Below, piece by piece: positions 55,763 to 63,997 of a stretch of DNA of 63,997 nt. A program made the translations under genes and the position numbers. Origin of the DNA: Pyrinomonadaceae bacterium (GTDB lineage Bacteria > Acidobacteriota > Blastocatellia > Pyrinomonadales > Pyrinomonadaceae). The notes beneath the pieces are model-generated. The model was given only the letters and a program-made list of their open reading frames with translations. It searched no databases and was not told where the DNA came from. Positions within the stretch are counted from its first letter, which is position 1, and the number at the start of each line of letters is the position of its first letter. The stretch spans positions 1-63,997 of the forward strand of contig DAORTR010000001.1 of the NCBI GenBank assembly GCA_035432765.1, in the 5' to 3' direction.

Positions 55763-56368
55763 ATGGGACGTCGTTCAACCGTCGAGAAGCTGCTCGACGA
55801 GCAATTCGATTTTGTTATCCGGCAGATCCTTGACGGACGGACGGATCGCGAGATCTCGGCGGCCTTCGAGGATAGGTATGGCGAGGCACTTCCGAAATCG
55901 TCGTTGAACACATGGAGAAACTCTGCAGGCAACGAACTCGCCGAGCGGTATCGACTCAAGCGGTTTCAGGTTCGCTCATTTGTTGAGCAGCTAAAGTCCG
56001 AGGGCGTTGATGTAGCCGAAGATCACTATTCGATGATCATCCAGAGTTTGGAAGATCACCTTTTGACCGCCGAGCGTGACCTCGTTGCGAATGATCCGCT
56101 AAAGCTTCTCGCCGCGAGGCAGGAGGACGAGCGTTTGAAGATCAAGCGGGAGCAGATCGCACTCAACCGGCAAAAGCTCGATTTTGAGAAAGAGAAACAC
56201 GAACGCGAAGCGGCTGTCCGCGTTGACCGCCTCGCGATCGGGGCAAGCGTCCTAAAGTTCTTCCTGTTCTGGCTAAACGATAACGAACCGCACGTCGCCG
56301 ATGTCGTAACGCGACGCGGTGGGGCGATCGCTGAAGCCCTCGAAGGTTTTATTGAGGAGATGCCGTAA
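55763..56368 (+). CDS. terminase small subunit, Mu gp27-like (DUF3486)
   Basis: MGRRSTVEKLLDEQFDFVIRQILDGRTDREISAAF N-terminus, typical of the gp27 family. Precedes terL. Confidence 0.7.
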   Translation: MGRRSTVEKLLDEQFDFVIRQILDGRTDREISAAFEDRYGEALPKSSLNTWRNSAGNELAERYRLKRFQVRSFVEQLKSEGVDVAEDHYSMIIQSLEDHLLTAERDLVANDPLKLLAARQEDERLKIKREQIALNRQKLDFEKEKHEREAAVRVDRLAIGASVLKFFLFWLNDNEPHVADVVTRRGGAIAEALEGFIEEMP

Positions 56369-56377
56369 AAAGCGAAC

Positions 56378-58117
56378 GTGGCGACTAAACTCACACTGCC
56401 GAAAAAGCCGATCAGCCGCTCCGAGTTTCGCGAGCTGGCCCGCCGCGCGACCGAATCGGTGCAGCAGCAGCGTGCAGCCGCACAGATCGCGTCAGAATCG
56501 CTCGAAGCGGGACGTGCCGCCTTTGGACCGAGCGACGGCACTATCGAGGAACGTCACGCCCGGACGCGCAATTCGCCGCTCGAATTCGGGCGAGTGTATC
56601 TGCCGCACTTTTTCGACAACGTAACGCCGCCGTATCATCACTGTCTCGACCGGCTTCTTGTCGGCGACTACACGCAGAGCGATCTCGAACGATGGACGGA
56701 AGATCTCGGGATCGAGGTTTTTGAGGGCGATCCGCTTTTGCGTCTGCTCGCCGTCTGCATCTTTCGCGGCGGCGGCAAGTCCGTATTCGCGATCTTGTTC
56801 GATACCTTGCGACGAATCTGTCACGGCCTCGATCCATATATCATTATCGGCTCCGACACGGTCGGTCAGGCGGCCTCGCAGCTCGAGGATATCAAAGACG
56901 AGCTTGCGTCGAATGAGAAGATCCGAGCTGACTTCGGGAACCTGAAACCGTCAGCCGGCGTTTGGCGTGAGGCCGAAGTGGTTCAGCGAAACGACGGCCG
57001 CGTCGTCTGGCGTGAAGGGCAGATCATCACGACGAATCGCGTCCGCGTTGACGCGATCGGACGCGGCGGTAAAATGCGCGGTCGCCGCTTCGGCACCAAA
57101 CGGCCTACGCACATCATTCTCGACGATCTCGACAACGACGAGAACGTCGCAACGAAGGACCAGCGTGAGAAGGCTTGGAACTGGGTGATCTCGGCGGTCG
57201 AACCTGCACGCGACCCGCAGAGGGGGCGCATCGTCATCATCGGCACGATCATACACTTCGATTGCGTTATCGCCCGATCGGTGCGAAAAACCGATGCCGA
57301 CGGCAATCGCTTTTTTACGTCGATCCGTTTTCCCGTGATGCACCGCGACGACGAAGGGCAGTGGGTTTCCGCTTGGCCGGAGCGGTTCGAGGTGAGCAAA
57401 CTTCTCGCGACACGCGACCTGCTCGGCCCGACGAAATTCGGAGCCGAGTATATGAACGATCCGCGTGATCCCGACACGCAGATATTCGTGCCAGATCGCT
57501 TCTATTATTATCTGCAGTCCGAACTTACGGATAAGCGACTGTTCCGGATCCTCTACGTCGATCCGTCGAAAGGCAAAAAAGGGAAGGGCCGCAAAAAAAG
57601 CGACTTCTCCGGCTTCGCCGATGTGCTGGTCGATCCGTCGGAGAGAGTGACGTGGGTGCTCAACGCATTTCGTAAACGCCTCAGCCCTAACGCCGCAAAG
57701 GGCGAGGTCATCGAGTGGTATATCGAGGCTATGAGGGGCCGTTATCCCGTTGAACTGTGGATCGAAGAAAACTCGTTCGGCGACATCCTCGGCGAGAACT
57801 TTCAGGACGAGTTGCGCCGTCGCGGACTCGATGTCCGCGTTCACACGCTGCTGCACACGACCGAGAAAGTGGCTCGACTCGAACGCCACTCGATCCGCGT
57901 CGAGACCGGCGGCGTTCGGTTTCCCGCTCGCTGGTCGCAGGACACGTCGCGACCGGAGTGGTTCGCAGAGTATGAAGATTTTCCGGCAGGGAGTTTTGAC
58001 GACACGATCGACGCGATCGAATCGGCAGATGACATCGGCCTAAATCACATCGCCGGCTTGATCGAATTTCGTTCGTCCGGACAGCGGACGGGAAGTGCAG
58101 CGATGAAGGGATTTTGA
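56378..58117 (+). CDS. terminase large subunit
   Basis: 579 aa. Walker A-like RGGGKS, Walker B HIILDDLDNDEN, and a C-terminal nuclease region with YVDPS and DDTIDA acidic motifs. Confidence 0.85.
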   Translation: MATKLTLPKKPISRSEFRELARRATESVQQQRAAAQIASESLEAGRAAFGPSDGTIEERHARTRNSPLEFGRVYLPHFFDNVTPPYHHCLDRLLVGDYTQSDLERWTEDLGIEVFEGDPLLRLLAVCIFRGGGKSVFAILFDTLRRICHGLDPYIIIGSDTVGQAASQLEDIKDELASNEKIRADFGNLKPSAGVWREAEVVQRNDGRVVWREGQIITTNRVRVDAIGRGGKMRGRRFGTKRPTHIILDDLDNDENVATKDQREKAWNWVISAVEPARDPQRGRIVIIGTIIHFDCVIARSVRKTDADGNRFFTSIRFPVMHRDDEGQWVSAWPERFEVSKLLATRDLLGPTKFGAEYMNDPRDPDTQIFVPDRFYYYLQSELTDKRLFRILYVDPSKGKKGKGRKKSDFSGFADVLVDPSERVTWVLNAFRKRLSPNAAKGEVIEWYIEAMRGRYPVELWIEENSFGDILGENFQDELRRRGLDVRVHTLLHTTEKVARLERHSIRVETGGVRFPARWSQDTSRPEWFAEYEDFPAGSFDDTIDAIESADDIGLNHIAGLIEFRSSGQRTGSAAMKGF

Positions 58118-58121
58118 AATT

Positions 58122-58337
58122 ATGGACGAACAGCAAATTAGAAACAATTTTACCTACCACGAACCGATTAAAGACCAGTCGATCCGTTATGGACGCCTGC
58201 GAAATTACGCCCGTGAGATGGCCGAGCAGATCAATCAGCTTTGCCCAGAGTCGCGTGAAAAAAGCCTCGCCTTCACAAATCTTGAACAAGCTTTGATGTG
58301 GGCAAATGCAAGCATCGCCCGAAACGAAACTGAATGA
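58122..58337 (+). CDS. small conserved-looking hypothetical protein
   Basis: 71 aa (FTYHEPIKDQSIRYGRLRNYAR ... EQALMWANASIAR). Coupled to the terL and methylase genes. Confidence 0.55.
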   Translation: MDEQQIRNNFTYHEPIKDQSIRYGRLRNYAREMAEQINQLCPESREKSLAFTNLEQALMWANASIARNETE

Positions 58338-59092
58338 AGTTTGACTTTTCAAATCAGAGATTGCATCACGCAGATTGGCGTGAGGTGCTTCCGTCTCTGC
58401 CGGACGCATCGGTTGATCTCCTTTTGACCGACCCGCCGTACGGGACGACGAACCTCGTTTGGGATCGCAAGATCGACTGGACGGAGTTTTGGGGCGAGAT
58501 AAAACGCGTCTGTAAACCAAACGCGCCGATGGTTATTTTTGCTTCGGGCAAGTTCGTGAACGAGTTGGTCAATTCGAATCCGCACGATTATCGTTACGAG
58601 CTGATCTGGGAAAAATCTCTAGCGGTCGGTTTCCTTGACGCAAATCGCCGTCCGCTGCGGGCGCACGAACAGATACTTATTTTCACGCGAAAGAGTTTTC
58701 GCGGCTCGACCTACAATCCGCAAATGGTCGAGGGGCAACTGCACAAAACCGGCGGCGACGGTAGAAAGGCTCCGCACTATGGCGGGCATCGATGCGGCAC
58801 AAAAACGGTCGTTACGAACCTCTATCATCCGCGATCGGTGTTGCGGTATTCGAATCAGGTTCGAGGCCGCAGCCTGCACCCGACGGCCAAGCCGCTCGAA
58901 CTCGTGGAATGGCTTGTCCGCACGTACAGCGATCTCGGCGGCCTCGTTCTCGATCCCTTTGCGGGCAGCGGGACGACGCTCTGTGCGTCGATGATCGCAG
59001 AGCGTCGTTCGATCGGCTGCGAGGTTGACCGAAACTACTTTGACACCGCGAACGGAAGGCTTGTCGAACTGGAGGCGGCACTCGCTCTATGA
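58334..59092 (+). CDS. beta-class N4/N6 DNA methyltransferase
   Basis: Motif IV LLTDPPYGT precedes HPTAKPLELVEWLV and motif I LDPFAGSGTT. Confidence 0.85.
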   Translation: MKFDFSNQRLHHADWREVLPSLPDASVDLLLTDPPYGTTNLVWDRKIDWTEFWGEIKRVCKPNAPMVIFASGKFVNELVNSNPHDYRYELIWEKSLAVGFLDANRRPLRAHEQILIFTRKSFRGSTYNPQMVEGQLHKTGGDGRKAPHYGGHRCGTKTVVTNLYHPRSVLRYSNQVRGRSLHPTAKPLELVEWLVRTYSDLGGLVLDPFAGSGTTLCASMIAERRSIGCEVDRNYFDTANGRLVELEAALAL

Positions 59093-59445
59093 GTTACAAA
59101 TTTGTTTTCACCGCAGGGCTTTCCGTGCAGCTGCCGATGCAGTACCTGACAAAAAACGCCGACGGAACACGCACGCCGATCAACCTGACGGGAAAGACCG
59201 TCGCGGTTCGCTTCGTTGTTCGCGGAGCGGCGTCGCCGTTACTAGCTCTCGAATCGGGAGCGGCCGCGACCGCGAACGGTTCGAGCCTGCAGGTGAGCAA
59301 CGCCGTTGAAGGTCGCTTTGTCATAACGGTTACGGTCGAGGAGATAGCCGCGATGACTCCGCCCTGCTTCGGACGGGCATATCTAACTTTGGAGGATACG
59401 ACCGGTACGCGTGAACTCGCGGACCTGCCGTTCAGCGTTTTATGA
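59089..59445 (+). CDS. hypothetical beta-rich (Ig-like?) protein
   Basis: 118-aa ORF with an ATGA overlap on both sides. Confidence 0.5.
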   Translation: MSYKFVFTAGLSVQLPMQYLTKNADGTRTPINLTGKTVAVRFVVRGAASPLLALESGAAATANGSSLQVSNAVEGRFVITVTVEEIAAMTPPCFGRAYLTLEDTTGTRELADLPFSVL

Positions 59446-60458
59446 GTGACCCGATAGTTGAGGCGAAAAAGCTCGTCACCGAGATCCTTACCATCGGCAT
59501 CCAAGGCCCGTCCGGTGCCACGGGGCCGCAAGGTCCGCAAGGTCCGCAAGGCGTGCCGGGTACCAGTGGCGGTGGGGAGACGGCGGCGACGGTGTTGGCG
59601 AAGCTGAACGCTAGTGGGTTGAAGTTCATTGATCCTACTCTCGTTCCCTCGTTTCCGTCGTTAGCAAGTTTCGGTTCGGATACAGTTAGTACGATTCCGA
59701 CCGCCGACACAGGACGGACGGGTTTATCGCAAAAATATTGGTTTCACCTCGATGGTAGTTATCAGAGCATTTTCGGAAACAAACTCGAACTCATAACAGA
59801 GGGTGCTCCTACGGGTGCGAATGTTACGGGGTTTGATATTAACGTCTCGAACTACAACACGACGGGAATTGACAGTCTATACGGTTTCGCGGTGACGGCA
59901 AATGCCGAATGGAGAGCTGAATATATTTATGGCGGCTTTTTTTCAGCGGCTCCGGGTTCGATAAATGCAGATGGTTCGCCGTTTATCTCAGGCGTTTCTT
60001 CGTATGCAGGTTTCGGCCACCACGCAAATACAGGCCGCACGGTCGGCTTTGAAGCCGCACTTATTGCTGCTGCGTCGACCGTGCCTGTTGTCGCCGATGA
60101 AGTCATCGGGTTGAACGTCTGGGGGCATGCAAATAACAACTCAACGGCAGACAAGGCTTATGGAATTTTCATCGAGAGTTTTACGAGAGCGGGCACGGGT
60201 GGATGGAATCACGTTTACGCAGTTCACGCCGCGGCAGATGCGTATGCAAACACGCCGGACGGTTGGTTTTTACACAACCTGAGTCCTGCTCCGAGTTTGT
60301 TGTCGGGAGAACTTCAATTTGCAAAACTCGCGGCTGAACCTGCGAATCCACCGGCGGGCAGATTCTCGATCTACGGTCTCGACAACGGTGCGGGCAAGTT
60401 GAAGGTGATGGTGAAGTTTCCAAGCGGAACTTCGCAGCAACTAGCAATCGAAAGCTAG
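59442..60458 (+). CDS. collagen-like-repeat fibre protein
   Basis: A G-X-Y run (GPSGATGPQGPQGPQGVPGTSGG) near the N-terminus, followed by a roughly 280-aa globular region. Confidence 0.65.
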   Translation: MSDPIVEAKKLVTEILTIGIQGPSGATGPQGPQGPQGVPGTSGGGETAATVLAKLNASGLKFIDPTLVPSFPSLASFGSDTVSTIPTADTGRTGLSQKYWFHLDGSYQSIFGNKLELITEGAPTGANVTGFDINVSNYNTTGIDSLYGFAVTANAEWRAEYIYGGFFSAAPGSINADGSPFISGVSSYAGFGHHANTGRTVGFEAALIAAASTVPVVADEVIGLNVWGHANNNSTADKAYGIFIESFTRAGTGGWNHVYAVHAAADAYANTPDGWFLHNLSPAPSLLSGELQFAKLAAEPANPPAGRFSIYGLDNGAGKLKVMVKFPSGTSQQLAIES

Positions 60459-60475
60459 TCAAACAATTTGGTCTT

Positions 60476-61195
60476 ATGGCTGATATGTACGCAAACGAGG
60501 GCTATTTCACAGCGCTTCTTCAGTCGGCGATCGATGCCGTGAACGTCGCGGTCGCGGCGATCGACGGTGCTGTGAATGGCGTGGCCGCCGAGGTCGCGGA
60601 AGCTCGCGGCGATCGCTCGTCCGTGCATAAACGTATCTCGTGCATCTCGAACTTCGCAAGCCCGAACGCGGGCGGCATCGTCGTTGGGAATTATTACGAT
60701 TCGTGCTTTCACGCGTCCGCCCAAGGAACGCTTGCGGGAGCGGCAAACCGCCTCACTCTCTTCCCGTTCTACACGTCGGATCACCTAGCGATAAACGACA
60801 TCGGCGTTCTGGTTTCGACGGCAGTTGCGGCCGCTCAAGGCAAGGTCCTGATCTATGGAAGCGGTGCGGACAACTGGCCGTCAGACAAACTCTTTGAGTC
60901 ATCGCCTCTCGACTTCTCGACGATCGGATACAAAGGCGCGGCGATCAATTTCACGTTCGACGCCGGACGACAATATTGGCTTGGGCTGACGGAAAGTTCG
61001 ACGGCCACGCTGCGGGCGATAGCGGTCGCGGCGGCAGTAAACCTTGGACTCGCGGGCAATACGGGAACGAGTTATTACACAGTGATCCGTCGGACGGTAA
61101 CATTCGCGAACCCGGCTCCGGCCACGTGGGTTTTTAACAAAGCAGAACTTACGGCGAACATCACGCCGCCGTCGATCCGATTTAAGGCGGCTTAG
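60476..61195 (+). CDS. hypothetical protein (fibre-associated?)
   Basis: 239-aa ORF with an Ala-rich helical N-terminus and a beta-rich C-terminal region. Confidence 0.5.
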   Translation: MADMYANEGYFTALLQSAIDAVNVAVAAIDGAVNGVAAEVAEARGDRSSVHKRISCISNFASPNAGGIVVGNYYDSCFHASAQGTLAGAANRLTLFPFYTSDHLAINDIGVLVSTAVAAAQGKVLIYGSGADNWPSDKLFESSPLDFSTIGYKGAAINFTFDAGRQYWLGLTESSTATLRAIAVAAAVNLGLAGNTGTSYYTVIRRTVTFANPAPATWVFNKAELTANITPPSIRFKAA

Positions 61196-61200
61196 ATTTT

Positions 61201-61413
61201 ATGAAAGAAACTACGGAAACACAGTCTTCACAGCCGTCAATGAATGACGTCAAAGCTGCCATCTACGATTGTACGGTGGAGATCAGGAGACAACAGTCGA
61301 TGATCGCACAGTTCGAACAAGCTCTTGCTCATTTGATGACACAACAGAATTCATCGATCAAGCAGGACATCGACGCGATCAACGATGCACGTACCGCAAA
61401 GGATGCGTTATGA
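61201..61413 (+). CDS. small coiled-coil hypothetical protein
   Basis: 70-aa ORF whose stop overlaps the next ATG. Confidence 0.45.
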   Translation: MKETTETQSSQPSMNDVKAAIYDCTVEIRRQQSMIAQFEQALAHLMTQQNSSIKQDIDAINDARTAKDAL

Positions 61414-62177
61414 ACACGCATATCATCATCGGGATAGTTGTGGCGGCGGTTTGTGTCATCGCGTTCGCGTGGCTGTTTTTGTGGCGTGGACGGGACAAGG
61501 ACGATGTTTGGGACGGCCTTGTCGATCTTGGCATACCGAAAGACCACGCGAAATGGAAGCACACATACAACGAGGCTCCATACACGCTCTCAACGGTCGA
61601 GGTTCCCGCGCAGATGCTGCCCGTCGTGAGAATCGGTATTAGGCGAACGATCACACGTTGGCTAGAGAAGTTCCCAGAGTGGACGAACGAGAGAGAACTC
61701 TCGGACTATCGGATGCTTTTCATCGACCCGATGGCAACGAATCGAGATGGAAGCCCTGCAATTAAGGTCAAAGGAATTCAGTCCGCCGGAACGACCATTG
61801 GCTTAGGCGAAGCTCCTATCACCGAACGTCCGTATTTAGTGCTTCCGCATCAGGGCGATTCAGGTTGGCGTTATACGGACTATCTACGCGACGCATCGGC
61901 GAACGAAGCCGATCACTACATCGCGGGATGCAACAATCTTATCGTGTTTTGGTGGTTTCTAGGACGACGCGACATTCATCCGCACGATCTAAGCACCTAT
62001 CCAGGCGACGCGGAAGCTCTGCGGATTCTCGCCCAAGAAGCGGGCGTTAACGTGATGCGAGTTTCAGCGGACGCGCTCGTGCGACAACAACGGTCGATCC
62101 TGCGAGCCTACGCGAAGCATCTCGCCGCGAACCCGCAAGAGCTTGGATGCTCGGTTGCAAACAAACTGACAAAGTAG
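61410..62177 (+). CDS. membrane-anchored hypothetical protein
   Basis: 255 aa from MNTHIIIGIVVAAVCVIAFAWLF, in the same frame as the listed ORF 61269..62177. Confidence 0.5.
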   Translation: MNTHIIIGIVVAAVCVIAFAWLFLWRGRDKDDVWDGLVDLGIPKDHAKWKHTYNEAPYTLSTVEVPAQMLPVVRIGIRRTITRWLEKFPEWTNERELSDYRMLFIDPMATNRDGSPAIKVKGIQSAGTTIGLGEAPITERPYLVLPHQGDSGWRYTDYLRDASANEADHYIAGCNNLIVFWWFLGRRDIHPHDLSTYPGDAEALRILAQEAGVNVMRVSADALVRQQRSILRAYAKHLAANPQELGCSVANKLTK

Positions 62178-62191
62178 CGTGCCGAAACAAA

Positions 62192-63997
62192 ATGACTAAC
62201 GAGAAGGTAGAACTCTTTTCCGAAATTCTGGCGTCCGATCAACTCGGACCCTATCAGAATTTCTCCTCGATGTTGATGGGCGTGATCCCGACGGCTGATC
62301 CGTCGTGGGTCTGGAGTCAGCTGTCGTGCAACCCGTGGATCGCGATGGCAATTTATTGGGAAATGGAGGAAAAAGACGCGGCCATCTTCTCAGCCCTAGA
62401 CACGCGGAAAACGAATGTTCTCTCGAAAACGTGGAATTTGTTTCCGGCCTCTGAAAAGCGGCAGGATCGCAAGATCGCCGACTTCATTGAAGAGTGTTTG
62501 AAGTCCCATTTTGAGGACTTTGACAGCTTTTTGTACGAGGCTCTGGATGCGATCGGTAAGGGCGTTTCGATCGGCGAGAAAATCTTCGTCCCGGCCGGCG
62601 ACCGCATCTGTATTTCGGACGTACGCTTCAAACCGCAGCATCTCTTTACGTTCGGCGAAACGGGAATCGCGAACTATTCGACAGCCTCGATCGCCTATCC
62701 GCAGACCGGGCCGCTGCAGCTGCGAACGGGCGTCAGCGTCGGCAACATAGCTCTCGGCGGCGTGCTCCCCGAGGAGAAGTTTTTTGTCTTCTCGTTCCGA
62801 ACGCGCTACGGGAATCGCTGGGGTGATCCCGTCGACCGAAAGGCCTTCTGGCCGTCGTGGATCAAGCGAAACTCAATTAAACAATGGCTTCGATACCAAG
62901 AAAAAGGCTCCGGTGTCGTCGTCGCTAAATATCCCGGAAGTTCCGGACCGAAAGAGCAGGGGGACGCATTAGCAGCTGCGGCCGCCGTCCAGGACGAAAC
63001 CGCCGTCGCGATCCCTGATAAGTTCGTGCTCGAAGTCCATGAGATGGTTCGCAATATCGGCAGTTCGCATAAGGAGCTAGTCGATGATTTTTGCAACGCA
63101 GAGATATCTCGCATCTACCTCGGCCAAACGCTCACAAGCCGCGGCTCGGACGGCGGCGGTAGTCGTGCTCTCGGCGAGGTTCACGAGCGAAAAGAAGACC
63201 GTATCGGCGAGGCAGACTGCCGCTCTCTGATGCAGGCAATAAATTCCCAGATCGTCCGTCCGCTCGTTCAGTTGAATTTCGGACTCTCGACTCCCTGCCC
63301 GCAATTCCGGTTCGACTACGAGCCGAAAGAGGACCTTGATGCAAAGGCAAAACGTTACGCCGTCATCCGCAAAGATATAGGCCTCGAACTGTCAAAAACC
63401 CAGGTTCGCGACGATCTTCAACTTGAGGAACCGACCGACGAAGGGGACACGCTCCAAGCCTCCACAAAGGCTGATGATCGCGGCCTCGCCGACAACGCCG
63501 ATCCGTCCGAGACTACCGAGTTCGCCGAGGGTGACGACCTAAAAAAAAACGCCAAAAACGTCCGTGATGCGATCGATCTTGAGGACGCAACACTTCGAAC
63601 ACTCGCTCCCATCTACGCGGGAATGCTCGAAAAAGCGATTCACGTCGTCGAACTTGCCGAGCTTCTAAACGTTAAGCCCGACCTCGACAAACTGCTGTCA
63701 GCCGACTTTCAAACCCTCGCCGACCGCCTCGCAACCGGAGCACTCGCAGCCTGCCTTTTGGGGCGGTATCGGGTTAAAACCATCGCTGCGAACTTCGCGG
63801 AAGGCGGCGACGATAAAGATAAGAAACGCCCCTCAAAGCGACGCTCGTGGCGTCAGGAAACCTACGGACCGAACGAAAAACACGAGACGGCCGACGAACT
63901 TATTCGCCCGAACAATTCGGTACTGACCGGACTCCGTTTCGACGTTCCGCCCGAAAAGGCGATTGAGTTTTTTAAGGGAAAGAAGATCGTGTCGCCC
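62192..63997 (+). CDS. portal protein, Mu gp29-like (DUF935), apparently continuing in frame into a MuF (gp30)-like N-terminus; 3' partial
   Basis: ATG at 62192. The frame stays open for 602 codons to the window edge, and the ORF is absent from the track because there is no stop. The portal-like body (WGDPVDRKAFWPSW ... LGQTLTSRGSDGGGSRALGEVH) is followed by LRFDVPPEKAIEFFKGKK, typical of MuF N-termini. Confidence 0.75.
   Translation, partial: MTNEKVELFSEILASDQLGPYQNFSSMLMGVIPTADPSWVWSQLSCNPWIAMAIYWEMEEKDAAIFSALDTRKTNVLSKTWNLFPASEKRQDRKIADFIEECLKSHFEDFDSFLYEALDAIGKGVSIGEKIFVPAGDRICISDVRFKPQHLFTFGETGIANYSTASIAYPQTGPLQLRTGVSVGNIALGGVLPEEKFFVFSFRTRYGNRWGDPVDRKAFWPSWIKRNSIKQWLRYQEKGSGVVVAKYPGSSGPKEQGDALAAAAAVQDETAVAIPDKFVLEVHEMVRNIGSSHKELVDDFCNAEISRIYLGQTLTSRGSDGGGSRALGEVHERKEDRIGEADCRSLMQAINSQIVRPLVQLNFGLSTPCPQFRFDYEPKEDLDAKAKRYAVIRKDIGLELSKTQVRDDLQLEEPTDEGDTLQASTKADDRGLADNADPSETTEFAEGDDLKKNAKNVRDAIDLEDATLRTLAPIYAGMLEKAIHVVELAELLNVKPDLDKLLSADFQTLADRLATGALAACLLGRYRVKTIAANFAEGGDDKDKKRPSKRRSWRQETYGPNEKHETADELIRPNNSVLTGLRFDVPPEKAIEFFKGKKIVSP

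Larger units (their letters stand above)
20843..63997. mobile_element. Mu-like transposable prophage (one end at about 20843-20849; the other end lies beyond the window)
   Basis: DDE transposase plus MuB-like ATPase, Mu-type GemA/Com/gp36/gp37/gpG/gpI/terS/portal homologues, terminal direct repeats, insertion inside a gene, and no integrase. Confidence 0.85.

Noticed and set aside
59503-59575. A 9-bp tandem repeat (ccgcaaggt x3), considered as a repeat element.
   Set aside because: It encodes the collagen-like G-X-Y run (GPQGPQGPQ) of the 338-aa fibre protein.

Overview
The window splits into two parts. Positions 1 to about 20.8 kb are ordinary GC-rich chromosome. They carry prfA with its DUF1385 partner, gatB, glgC, mtgA, an SDR, a TPR/receiver protein next to a CheA-like hybrid kinase, and a cobalamin-type uptake locus (BtuF/C/D-like ABC transporter plus a TonB-dependent receptor) that appears to contain two separate cobalamin riboswitches. 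The receptor architecture and weak Shine-Dalgarno usage suggest an Acidobacteria-like host, but this is only a guess. From about 20843 to the window end (more than 43 kb) the sequence is a Mu-like transposable prophage. It has inserted into a secreted DNA/RNA non-specific endonuclease gene, immediately after the catalytic DRGH motif. The visible prophage end carries four direct copies of a 20-bp motif, which I read as candidate transposase-binding sites. The prophage encodes a DDE MuA-like transposase, a MuB-like AAA+ ATPase, GemA-, Com-, gp36-, gp37-, gpG- and gpI-like proteins, a lambda D/E-like decoration and capsid pair, and a P2-like contractile tail. Its layout is unusual. The XRE repressor / Ner-like switch lies in the middle of the element. 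Lysis genes, both terminase subunits and the portal are transcribed divergently on the repressor side. Protease, capsid and tail follow directly after the transposition and early genes on the other arm. Other points worth a second look:
- an orphan Com-like zinc finger next to a terminator-like hairpin that abuts the first head gene
- a likely +1/-2 recoding site in the tail chaperone
- a seven-gene island between terminase and portal (methyltransferase plus collagen-like fibre)
- an apparent portal-MuF fusion
- an XRE-ImmA-membrane protein immunity operon
- two orphan DNA methyltransferases

All family assignments come from motif recognition by eye. No searches were run.
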